Assembly: GCA_050258815.1 (NCBI GenBank)
Contig: JBLMZM010000176.1
Coordinates: 14,533 to 78,532, forward strand
Length of the DNA: 64,000 nucleotides
Direction of reading: 5' to 3'
Source of the DNA: Ignavibacteriales bacterium
Lineage (GTDB): Bacteria; Bacteroidota; Ignavibacteria; Ignavibacteriales; SURF-24
Below the pieces are notes generated by a model, which had not been told where the DNA came from, made no database searches, and saw only the letters and a program-made list of their open reading frames with translations. Numbering within the stretch: the stretch's first letter is position 1; each line of letters opens with the position of its first letter. The position numbers were made by a program, and so were the translations under genes. Of this stretch, positions 39,721-47,788 are shown piece by piece.

Positions 39721-39734
39721 TTGACTTGAGTCAA
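39721..39734. promoter_or_regulatory. perfect Crp/Fnr-type palindrome TTGAC-N4-GTCAA upstream of the NO reductase gene
   Basis: TTGACTTGAGTCAA is read directly from the sequence. Its centre is about 96 nt upstream of the norB ATG. The adjacent regulator has an E--SR recognition helix (TETLSRTF). Confidence 0.55.
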
Positions 39735-39814
39735 ATAACCGACAATTTTCGGATTTTTTAGTCGGAATTAGGATCGGGGGTAATATGGGTCCTCTGGCGC
39801 AAGAAATTATCTGT

Positions 39815-40513
39815 TTACATTGCCAGTTCTTTCAGGCGCGCGTAGTCTGTAACAAAGATCTTCCGCCCCTGGACGCGAATGATCTTTTCTTTTTCGAGTT
39901 TATTGAAGGTGCGCGAAAGGGTTTCGGTGATGGTACCGATGTAGGAAGCAACAGTTGATTTTGTCACAGAGAGCCTGACAAAGGGCTCCGGAAGATGAGC
40001 CTTTCCGCCCGATTCCACCTCATTTACCAGGTATTCAGCCAGGCGGTTAATAACCTCTTTTTCCGACATATCTTTTACCTTATGGGTCAGGTTCTTAAGC
40101 CTTTTTGCAAAACCGGCCAGCATCTTAAGGCTGATATTAATGTTCTTCTCCAGCAGTTCAATAAATTCGCACTTAGGGATGAAGAGCAGCTCGCAGTCTT
40201 CAAGCGCCTGGGCATTGACGGGGTAGTCGCCCCCTTCAAAAAGAGGCACATCAGCAAAACTGCCGTAAGGCTTTATCAGGTGCAGTATGATTTCCTTGCC
40301 CGATGGAGAGGTGCGGTAAACCTTCACCATGCCCTTAAGTACTACGAAAAACCCCCTGTACTTGTCGCCCTCCATAAATATCATGGCATTCTTGCCATAG
40401 CGGCAGGTAATACTTATAGCCATGACCTGCCTGAGCTGATCCTCGTCCAGCTCAGAAAAAAGTGGCTGACCGCGCAGCTTCTCTTTATATAAATCTTCCC
40501 TTACCGTGTTCAT
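39815..40513 (-). CDS. Crp/Fnr-family transcriptional regulator (no N-terminal Cys cluster; Dnr/NnrR/HcpR-like)
   Basis: 232 aa. It has a cNMP-binding-like beta-roll (FMEGDKYRGFFVVLKGMVKVYRTSPSGKEIIL) and a C-terminal HTH (STVASYIGTITETLSRTFNKLEKEKII). Confidence 0.9.
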   Translation of the reverse strand: MNTVREDLYKEKLRGQPLFSELDEDQLRQVMAISITCRYGKNAMIFMEGDKYRGFFVVLKGMVKVYRTSPSGKEIILHLIKPYGSFADVPLFEGGDYPVNAQALEDCELLFIPKCEFIELLEKNINISLKMLAGFAKRLKNLTHKVKDMSEKEVINRLAEYLVNEVESGGKAHLPEPFVRLSVTKSTVASYIGTITETLSRTFNKLEKEKIIRVQGRKIFVTDYARLKELAM

Positions 40514-40642
40514 TGAAGTCTGTGACTCATGTACTGAAAAAATTATTGTTTATTCTGCCTGCTATGTCGATGATATTTTCAGAATATTTAGTCCGAATAT
40601 AGACAATAATTTAATAAAAGTAAAACAGGAAGAGGTAAAAAG

Positions 40643-41461
40643 TCAGTCATTTTTCCTGGAAGTCTGCAGTTCCAGCAGGGATCTTATTTTTTCTTCATCG
40701 CGTTTCCTGGCGGTTATATCGGTCACTACGCTCAGCAGGCACTTTTTCCCCTTTATATTTATCTGCCTTGCTGAAATAAGACCAATGGCATCCTCACCTG
40801 ACCGCTTGCGGAATTTAATTTCCATATCCTGCACCACTCCCTGCTCTTTTACCCTGCTTACAAGAGTCATGTACTGGTCCTTTTTCTCGAAGAAATCCAG
40901 GTCATAAATCGTACGGGCAATAGCATCCTCGCGGCTGTAGCCTGTAGTAGTCTCAAAAGCCTTATTGACGTCCACATACAAACCCTCACTTAAAGTAGTA
41001 ATTGCAATGAGTGAAGGGATTTCCTGAAATATAGCCGACAGGATCTGTTCAGATTCCCTGAGGGCATCTCCGGCCTGTTTTCTTTCAATTGCATATTTAA
41101 GTGCGCGTACTAACAGATTGGAATCGAACTCCCCCTTGATCAGATAATCCTGTGCTCCTGACTGCAATGCCTTGGAGGTCAGATCCTCGTCATCAAGACT
41201 CGTCATAACTACAATCGGTACGTTTTCGGCCTCGGCCTGGACTTTTTTCAAGGTATCTATCCCCGAACTGTCGGGTAGTGTCAGATCCAGCAGTATTACA
41301 TCGTAGACCTCCTTCTTCAGATACTCCAGTCCGGTCGATACCCGGAATGAATGGTCCAGACTGATTTCAATTCCCCTGGCCTCTTCAATTAGTTCGAGTA
41401 CCAGCTGGGCATAAGGGCGGCTGTCCTCAATCATTAATACTTTGATGTAATTTTCTTTCAT
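40643..41461 (-). CDS. response regulator with PAS output domain (REC-PAS)
   Basis: The receiver has VLMIED, DVILLDLTLPD and YLIKG. The C-terminal PAS reads ...ILSAIFQEIPSLIAITTLSEGLYVDVNKAFETTTGYSREDAI...VVTDITARK. I prefer the start at 41461, which has GAGG 6 nt upstream. Confidence 0.85.
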   Translation of the reverse strand: MKENYIKVLMIEDSRPYAQLVLELIEEARGIEISLDHSFRVSTGLEYLKKEVYDVILLDLTLPDSSGIDTLKKVQAEAENVPIVVMTSLDDEDLTSKALQSGAQDYLIKGEFDSNLLVRALKYAIERKQAGDALRESEQILSAIFQEIPSLIAITTLSEGLYVDVNKAFETTTGYSREDAIARTIYDLDFFEKKDQYMTLVSRVKEQGVVQDMEIKFRKRSGEDAIGLISARQINIKGKKCLLSVVTDITARKRDEEKIRSLLELQTSRKND

Positions 41462-41606
41462 GGTTACCTCGGATTTCGGCTTGTGTAACACTAATATATA
41501 AAATCTCCGGTAAAAATCACCCTTTTACAAAATTTTTTAGTTAATAAAGAATTACTGAATCCATTAGCTGATTTTCACATCACACCGGTGTATAAAAAGG
41601 ATTATT

Positions 41607-41801
41607 ATGGAAAATATTGTAGCTTCGGTCCAGAGGATAATGAAGATTGTCATTGGCCTTGCCATGCTTTCTTACTTTTTTATTGGTGAGGGTGACGGCA
41701 GATATATGGCTTTGATCGGTCTGGCCCCGCTGATCTCAGGAATAACAAATTCCTGCGGCGGCAGTACCGCCTGCAGAACTGATTTCAGGACTAAGGAATA
41801 A
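41607..41801 (+). CDS. small membrane protein, DUF2892 (YgaP-like TM domain)-like
   Basis: 64 aa. The RIMKIVIGLAML...LIGLAPLISGITNSC pattern resembles DUF2892. The C-terminal tail SCGGSTAC is unusual. The competing antisense ORF 41672-41863 has no recognisable features. Confidence 0.5.
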   Translation: MENIVASVQRIMKIVIGLAMLSYFFIGEGDGRYMALIGLAPLISGITNSCGGSTACRTDFRTKE

Positions 41802-41803
41802 AC

Positions 41804-41831
41804 TAAGGGCGGAACCATGGTTCCGCCCTTA
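41804..41831. terminator. perfect 28-nt palindrome, bidirectional terminator between the DUF2892-like gene and hppA
   Basis: TAAGGGCGGAACCATGGTTCCGCCCTTA lies 3 nt after the + strand stop and 13 nt after the hppA stop. Confidence 0.7.
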
Positions 41832-41843
41832 ATAGAAATGAAT

Positions 41844-43997
41844 TTATATAAACAGCGGTGCAAGCACCAGAGTAAGCGTACTTAGCAGTTTAATCAGCAC
41901 GTGCAGTGAGGGACCGGCTGTATCCTTGAACGGGTCGCCTACTGTATCACCTACTACTGAAGCCTTGTGGGATTCGGTGTGCCTGCCACCGTAGGCTCCG
42001 GTCTCAATATACTTTTTGGCATTATCCCATGCCCCGCCCCCGTTATTAAGGAAGAGGGCGAAAAGGATACCGGTAATGGTGCCTACCATTAGATAGCCCC
42101 CGATAACCTCGGCACCCGTGACATCACCGCCAAGCTGGTATATATATTTGAAAATAAGTCCCACGCCTACCGTCATTACCACAACCAGTACTCCCGGCAC
42201 AACCATTTTCTGAAGGGCCGCTTTGGTAGCAATATCCACGCACTGGCCGTAGTCGGGTTTGGAAGTTCCGGCCATTATGCCAGGGTTATTTTTGAACTGC
42301 TCCCTGACGTTGCGTATAATTGAATAGGCTGCCTTGCCAACGGCCTTGATTGCCAGGGAGGAGAAGATATAGACCAGCATTGCACCCAGAATGGCGCCTA
42401 CAAATACCTGGGGTTTATTCAGGTTGATCACCCCGGTAAAACCGGGCATGTAATTCTTAACTTCATCTATATAAGCACCAAATAACAGGAAGGCGGCCAG
42501 TGCAGCAGAGCCGACGGCGTATCCCTTGGTAAGAGCCTTTGTTGTATTGCCTACTGAATCGAGCCTGTCCGTCTTGCGCCTGACGGATTCTTCCTGCTGG
42601 CTCATTTCCACTATACCGCCAGCGTTATCTGTAATTGGGCCAAACGTATCCATGGCCAGAATATAGGCTGCCGTACCCAGCATACCCATTGTCGCTACTG
42701 CCGTACCGAACAGCCCGGCTCCGTTCAGGCCTGAATTCTGCCCGAGGAAATATGTGCTTACTATACCGGCACCTATAATGAGCGCAGGGAAACCTGTAGA
42801 TTCCATGCCTACTGCGAGTCCTGCAATTATATTAGTAGCCGATCCGGTCTGCGATGCCTCGGCAATGTACTTAACCGGGCGGTATTTGTACTCCGTATAG
42901 TACTGGGTAATATAAACAAAGCAAAGGGAGATCAGGACTCCAATAGCCCCGCAGAAGAAGAAATTCAGGTAATGACTGCCCAGAAGCCACCTTGAAGCAA
43001 TGTAAAAGCCGATGGTTGCCAGAGTGGCGGTTACATAAAAGCCCCTGTTAAGCGCCTTCATCGGATCTTCTTCCTCATTTGTCTTTACAATCATAATGCC
43101 CACCATTGAGGCAAGTATACCGAAGGCACGGGCAACAAGCGGGAATAGCAATACGGAAATCATTGAAAGTCCCTGCGATTCAAACGTAGTAGTATTGGCA
43201 CGATAGAGTGCTGCTGCCAGGATCATGGCTCCTATATTTTCAGCTGCAGTAGATTCAAAAAGATCGGCTCCACGCCCGGCGCAATCACCGACATTATCTC
43301 CCACCAGGTCGGCAATCACTGCAGGATTTCTGGGATCGTCCTCCGGAATCCCGGCCTCCACTTTCCCTACCAGATCGGCGCCAACGTCAGCTGCCTTTGT
43401 ATAGATGCCGCCGCCCAATTGCGCAAACAATGCGACAAAGCTCGCACCAAAGCCATAGCCTACGATCAGCAGCGGAATTTTTCCCGGATCATTTGTTACA
43501 TGCATTGATTCGACGATGAGGAACAGACCGGCTACGCCGAGCAGACTCATGGCCACGACAAAAAAACCTGCAACCGCCCCGCCGCGCAATGCAATCTGCA
43601 GCGCGCCGTTCATACTTTTTACGGCTGCTGAAGCTGTCCTTATATTAGACCTGATAGCGACCCACATCCCCATATAACCGGCTGCAACAGAGCATGCTGC
43701 TCCCAGGATGAAAGAGATTGTAGTCCACAAGGCAAGCTGTCCCTGGCTTGCCGGATCATTAGCGTTAGGGTTCCTGATGAATGCATACATGATGTAAATA
43801 AATGCGGCAAGAGCAATTGCCAGGTATATTATAGTTCTGTTCTGACGGCGCAGGAAGGCTTCGGCCCCGACCTTAATAGCGTTCGAAATCTCCTGCATCT
43901 TTGCACTTCCGGTATCCTGTTTTAATATATAACTGATCAGGTATGCGGCAAATAACAGTCCCAAAATGCTAATGGCCAAAATCAGATTGGCTTCCAT
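41844..43997 (-). CDS. hppA: membrane-bound H+-translocating pyrophosphatase (K+-independent type by signature)
   Basis: 717 aa with about 16 TM segments. Motifs are GGIYTKAADVGADLVGKVE, DNVGDCAGRGADLFES and DTVGDPFKDTAGPSL. The subtype signature reads GNTTKALTKGYAVGSAALA, that is Lys in GNTTKA rather than Ala. Confidence 0.95.
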   Translation of the reverse strand: MEANLILAISILGLLFAAYLISYILKQDTGSAKMQEISNAIKVGAEAFLRRQNRTIIYLAIALAAFIYIMYAFIRNPNANDPASQGQLALWTTISFILGAACSVAAGYMGMWVAIRSNIRTASAAVKSMNGALQIALRGGAVAGFFVVAMSLLGVAGLFLIVESMHVTNDPGKIPLLIVGYGFGASFVALFAQLGGGIYTKAADVGADLVGKVEAGIPEDDPRNPAVIADLVGDNVGDCAGRGADLFESTAAENIGAMILAAALYRANTTTFESQGLSMISVLLFPLVARAFGILASMVGIMIVKTNEEEDPMKALNRGFYVTATLATIGFYIASRWLLGSHYLNFFFCGAIGVLISLCFVYITQYYTEYKYRPVKYIAEASQTGSATNIIAGLAVGMESTGFPALIIGAGIVSTYFLGQNSGLNGAGLFGTAVATMGMLGTAAYILAMDTFGPITDNAGGIVEMSQQEESVRRKTDRLDSVGNTTKALTKGYAVGSAALAAFLLFGAYIDEVKNYMPGFTGVINLNKPQVFVGAILGAMLVYIFSSLAIKAVGKAAYSIIRNVREQFKNNPGIMAGTSKPDYGQCVDIATKAALQKMVVPGVLVVVMTVGVGLIFKYIYQLGGDVTGAEVIGGYLMVGTITGILFALFLNNGGGAWDNAKKYIETGAYGGRHTESHKASVVGDTVGDPFKDTAGPSLHVLIKLLSTLTLVLAPLFI

Positions 43998-44510
43998 CTA
44001 CTTCTCCTGTTTTTGTTGTACAATATTCCATTTATCAGTCAAGGGATAAGTCGCTTGATGCCCGCAGATCAATATCAAAGGCAGGTTAGCATATACACAA
44101 ATATGGGTTAAGCAGGATAGTAAGAATAAAAAGGATTTGTACGGGCAGTGGAAATTGAATGACGTATGAGTTTATTTGATCATGTATCAATCCACCGCGG
44201 CAAATCCATACAGCTATTTATCCGCGCTCTAGTGCTAATAAACATCTATGCTTTTATGCCTCCGTACATCCCCATGCAGTCCTAAGCTCATAATTTCATA
44301 CCGATCATTAAAATATTTAATAGAACAGATATTCCCTCCCTTTGTATGAAGATAAGATTTATTTTGCATAAAAACATACATTTTAAGAAATTAATTTAAA
44401 AGAAATTGCTAAACGGATCCGTTATAATTGCAAATTAAGGATGAAAACACGATTTTCGTAGAACGATTACAATTAACAGTTTCTACAAGTAATTTTCAAA
44501 AGGGGATATA

Positions 44511-46010
44511 ATGAAGCAGTTGTTCGCTAAGAAACCTTTGGATTTGCTGTTGGAAGAAATGAAGGGTGAAAACCGGCTGCGCAGGATACTGGGTCCGGTT
44601 GCCCTTACTTCTCTGGGAGTTGGGGCAATTATTGGTACCGGAATTTTTGTGCTCACCGGTGTTGCGGCCCATGATAAAGCCGGTCCGGCAATAATTCTTT
44701 CTTTCGTAGTTTCAGGCCTGGCATGCGTATTTGCCGCTCTCTGCTATGCAGAATTTGCATCCATGGTGCCCGTTGCGGGTTCAGCATATACCTATGCTTA
44801 TGCCACTCTGGGTGAGATGTTCGCGTGGATCATAGGCTGGGATCTCATACTTGAATATGCCGTGGCATCTGCAACCGTGGCGCACGGCTGGAGCCACTAT
44901 TTCCAGGATTTCATCAGTATTATAGGTCTGAAACTGCCTCACTGGGCGACGCGGGCGCCGTTTGATTTTAATCCCGGTACGGGACTCCTGGCCTCGACTA
45001 ATACGGTGCTGGACCTGCCCGCAATAATAATTGCCGGAATAATTACAGTAATTCTTGTAAAAGGCATCCGCGAAAGTGCAACGTTTAATTCAACAATGGT
45101 GATAATAAAACTGGCCATTGTGCTGTTCGTAATTGTAGTTGGCGCGATGTATATTACTCCTTCAAACTGGACTAATAACTTTGCCCCCTTCGGCTATTCG
45201 GGTGTAAGCTTCTTTGGAAGAACAATATTTGGACAAACGGGTATGGGAGGTGCTCCCGTGGGTATGCTGGCTGCTGCTGCAACCATATTTTTTGCTTACA
45301 TCGGCTTTGATTCCATCTCTACGCACGCCGAAGAAGCCAAGAACCCCAGGCGTGACGTACCAATAGGAATCATTACCTCACTGCTTTTGTGTACCGTTCT
45401 TTATATTGCAGTTTCGGCAATCATCACCGGCATGGTTCCTTACGATAAAATCGACATTGACGCCCCGGTTTCCAATGCCTTTAAGCAGGCTGGCCTCCCA
45501 TGGGCACAGTTTATTATTTCTTTCGGTGCCATTGCCGGCATTACCTCCGTACTGCTTGTAATGATGTTAAGCCAGCCCAGAATCTTTCTGGCAATGGCGC
45601 GTGACGGCCTGCTGCCAAAGGAGGTCTTCGGTTCGGTCCACGAAAAATACCGCACCCCCTGGAAATCTACAATTCTGACCGGAATATTCGTTGCAATCCT
45701 GGCCGGGTTCCTTCCGCTCAGGATTCTGGCCGAGCTGGTTAACATAGGCACTCTGTTTGCTTTTGTAATTGTCTGCGCTGCCGTACTGATCATGCGCAGG
45801 ACACACCCGGAAGCAGAACGGCCATTCAGGGCCCCCTGGGTACCGTTTGTACCAATCATGGGAATCCTTACCTGCCTGATGCTTATGTTCTCACTTCCTG
45901 AGGAAAACTGGCTCAGACTCTTTGTCTGGCTGGCAATTGGATTTTTGATTTACTTCGGTTACGGACGCAAACACAGCGTAATGCACGAGATCATGAACAG
46001 GAATAAATAA
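44511..46010 (+). CDS. APC-superfamily amino acid permease (cationic amino acid transporter/YfnA-like)
   Basis: 499 aa with 12-14 TM segments. The N-terminal LRRILGPVALTSLGVGAIIGTGIFVLTG signature is present, together with FAYIGFDSISTHAEEAKNPRRDVP. Confidence 0.9.
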   Translation: MKQLFAKKPLDLLLEEMKGENRLRRILGPVALTSLGVGAIIGTGIFVLTGVAAHDKAGPAIILSFVVSGLACVFAALCYAEFASMVPVAGSAYTYAYATLGEMFAWIIGWDLILEYAVASATVAHGWSHYFQDFISIIGLKLPHWATRAPFDFNPGTGLLASTNTVLDLPAIIIAGIITVILVKGIRESATFNSTMVIIKLAIVLFVIVVGAMYITPSNWTNNFAPFGYSGVSFFGRTIFGQTGMGGAPVGMLAAAATIFFAYIGFDSISTHAEEAKNPRRDVPIGIITSLLLCTVLYIAVSAIITGMVPYDKIDIDAPVSNAFKQAGLPWAQFIISFGAIAGITSVLLVMMLSQPRIFLAMARDGLLPKEVFGSVHEKYRTPWKSTILTGIFVAILAGFLPLRILAELVNIGTLFAFVIVCAAVLIMRRTHPEAERPFRAPWVPFVPIMGILTCLMLMFSLPEENWLRLFVWLAIGFLIYFGYGRKHSVMHEIMNRNK

Positions 46011-46021
46011 ATTTTCTGTAT

Positions 46022-46048
46022 GGCTGCATGGATCACCTCCATGCAGCC
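46022..46048 (+). terminator. hairpin terminator after the permease gene
   Basis: GGCTGCATGGA-N5-TCCATGCAGCC is a perfect 11-bp stem, 12 nt after the stop. Confidence 0.6.
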
Positions 46049-46185
46049 GGTCATTTCACAATTCTGACTTTTGCCGCTCTGCCTGCCAAATTCATTATTC
46101 TTTTTTAATTTTTAATTTATAATTTTTAATTGTATAATTCTGTGGAATTCTAAAATCAGTTTATATTTTCCGGAGGAATACCCAT

Positions 46186-47559
46186 ATGTTGCGAATTATT
46201 TCTGTTCTTTTTTCAATCCTTATTCTCCTGCCAGAGATTTCATCCGGCCAGGAATACACACGCAAATCCATAGCCGTTACCGTTTATAACCAGAACCTTG
46301 GCGTTATAAAGGATGTACGTTCAATAGATGTTAAGTCAGGCACCTCAGAGATCGAGGTCAGGGATGTTGCCCAGCTGATCGATCCCACCAGCGTACATAT
46401 AAAGCTTGACGGTGAAGTGCTGGAACAAAACTACCAGTATGACCTGGTCAGCCTGGATAAGATACTGCAGAAGTACCTGGATAAAGACGTTCAGCTGCTC
46501 GGCGAAAAAGGGGAATTCATCGAAGGCAGGCTGCTTTCTGAGGCAAACGGACAAATTGTGCTGCAGAAAAAGGAAGGCGGACTCGTAATGCTGCCCAATG
46601 CCGCAAACTACAGGATTTCCGTGGGTTCACTGCCGGAAGGACTAATAACAAAGCCTACACTCATCTGGACCGTAAACTCCAGATCTGCAAAAAAGCAGGA
46701 CGTTGAAATATCCTACCAGACTATGGGAATGAACTGGCACGCTGAATACGTGGCCGTGCTGAACGAAAGTGATACGAAGCTGGGCCTTAATTCCTGGGTA
46801 AGTATTGACAATCAGTCGGGTACCACGTACAAAGACGCCACACTGAAACTCGTTGCCGGTAATGTAAATCTCGTCAGCCAGCAGCCTCCCGCACCCATGA
46901 GGAAAGTACAGTTTGAAACCATGGACCTGGCTGGCCAGCAGTTTCAGGAAAAGGAATTTTTTGAATATCATATATATGACCTGCAGAGGCCTGCAACTAT
47001 TAACAACAACGAGACAAAACAGATTTCTTTGTTTGAAGCCGACAACATTAATGTGACAAAAAAATATGTTTACAAGAGCGGAGGCAGTTATTACTACCGC
47101 GGAGCTGACAACAAACCCAGGGTAGCCGTAACGGTTGAATTCGAGAATAAAGAAAACAACAACCTGGGTATGCCGATGCCGAAAGGAAAGGTACGCATGT
47201 ACAAATCAGACGGCAAATCAATTGAGTTTATTGGCGAAGATATGATAGACCATACTCCGAGGGAGGAAAAGGTCAAACTGAAGATAGGTGAGGCCTTTGA
47301 CGTGGTTGCTGAGGAGATACAGACCGAAAATGTTCGCGTATCAGACCGTGTGAATGAGCAGTCATTTGAAATAAAACTAAGAAACAGGAAAAAAGAAGAT
47401 ATCACAGTTGAAGTGGAAAAATTTCTGGGACTCAACTGGGAAGTATTAAGTTCCTCGATTGGCTATCAGAAAAAAGACGCACAGAATATTATTTTTAAGG
47501 TGCCCGTAAAACCCAATGATGAATCTGTTCTGAAATTCAAAATCAGATATACATACTAG
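46186..47559 (+). CDS. secreted DUF4140/DUF4139-domain protein
   Basis: 457 aa with signal peptide ...LLPEISSGQ. The N-terminal SIAVTVYNQNLGVIKDVRSIDVKSGTSEIEVRDVAQLIDPTSVHIKLDG follows the DUF4140 pattern, and the long beta-rich remainder is DUF4139-like. GGAGG lies 9 nt upstream of the ATG. Confidence 0.6.
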   Translation: MLRIISVLFSILILLPEISSGQEYTRKSIAVTVYNQNLGVIKDVRSIDVKSGTSEIEVRDVAQLIDPTSVHIKLDGEVLEQNYQYDLVSLDKILQKYLDKDVQLLGEKGEFIEGRLLSEANGQIVLQKKEGGLVMLPNAANYRISVGSLPEGLITKPTLIWTVNSRSAKKQDVEISYQTMGMNWHAEYVAVLNESDTKLGLNSWVSIDNQSGTTYKDATLKLVAGNVNLVSQQPPAPMRKVQFETMDLAGQQFQEKEFFEYHIYDLQRPATINNNETKQISLFEADNINVTKKYVYKSGGSYYYRGADNKPRVAVTVEFENKENNNLGMPMPKGKVRMYKSDGKSIEFIGEDMIDHTPREEKVKLKIGEAFDVVAEEIQTENVRVSDRVNEQSFEIKLRNRKKEDITVEVEKFLGLNWEVLSSSIGYQKKDAQNIIFKVPVKPNDESVLKFKIRYTY

Positions 47560-47569
47560 GAGGTCCGAA

Positions 47570-47788
47570 GTGACAAAAAACCAGGTCCAGCTATTAACCA
47601 TTGTGCTTACTTACCTTAGCGTAAAGGTTGTATTTGCATTCACGGGATTCAGCTATTCAATTTTTGTGGAAAGCTTTAGTTTCTCTAAGTTTCTTATTGA
47701 CCTCGGGGTCTGGACCCTGTTTTACATATTTTATTTAAATGTACTGAATAAGCTTTTTCTTAGAAGCAGGAGCATAAAACAGCAATGA
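47570..47788 (+). CDS. 72-aa two-TM micro-protein (hypothetical)
   Basis: The GTG start is preceded by AGGAGG (47558-47563) with a 6-nt spacer. The stop overlaps the next ATG (ATGA). Two hydrophobic helices are present. Confidence 0.5.
   Translation: MTKNQVQLLTIVLTYLSVKVVFAFTGFSYSIFVESFSFSKFLIDLGVWTLFYIFYLNVLNKLFLRSRSIKQQ

Noticed and set aside
40506-40907. 133-aa + strand ORF overlapping the Crp/Fnr gene start, the spacer and the REC-PAS gene end
   Set aside because: It is antisense to a well-supported PAS domain, and it has no recognisable motif.
41672-41863. 63-aa minus-strand ORF overlapping the DUF2892-like ORF and the palindrome
   Set aside because: It runs through the terminator palindrome and into the hppA stop region, and it shows no family resemblance. 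The + strand ORF has a recognisable DUF2892 pattern.
45440-45859. 139-aa antisense ORF inside the amino-acid permease gene. Similar antisense ORFs lie at 54102-54599 in the GT39 gene and 50992-51480 in the SDR gene.
   Set aside because: Each lies fully within a well-supported sense-strand gene and has no motif of its own.
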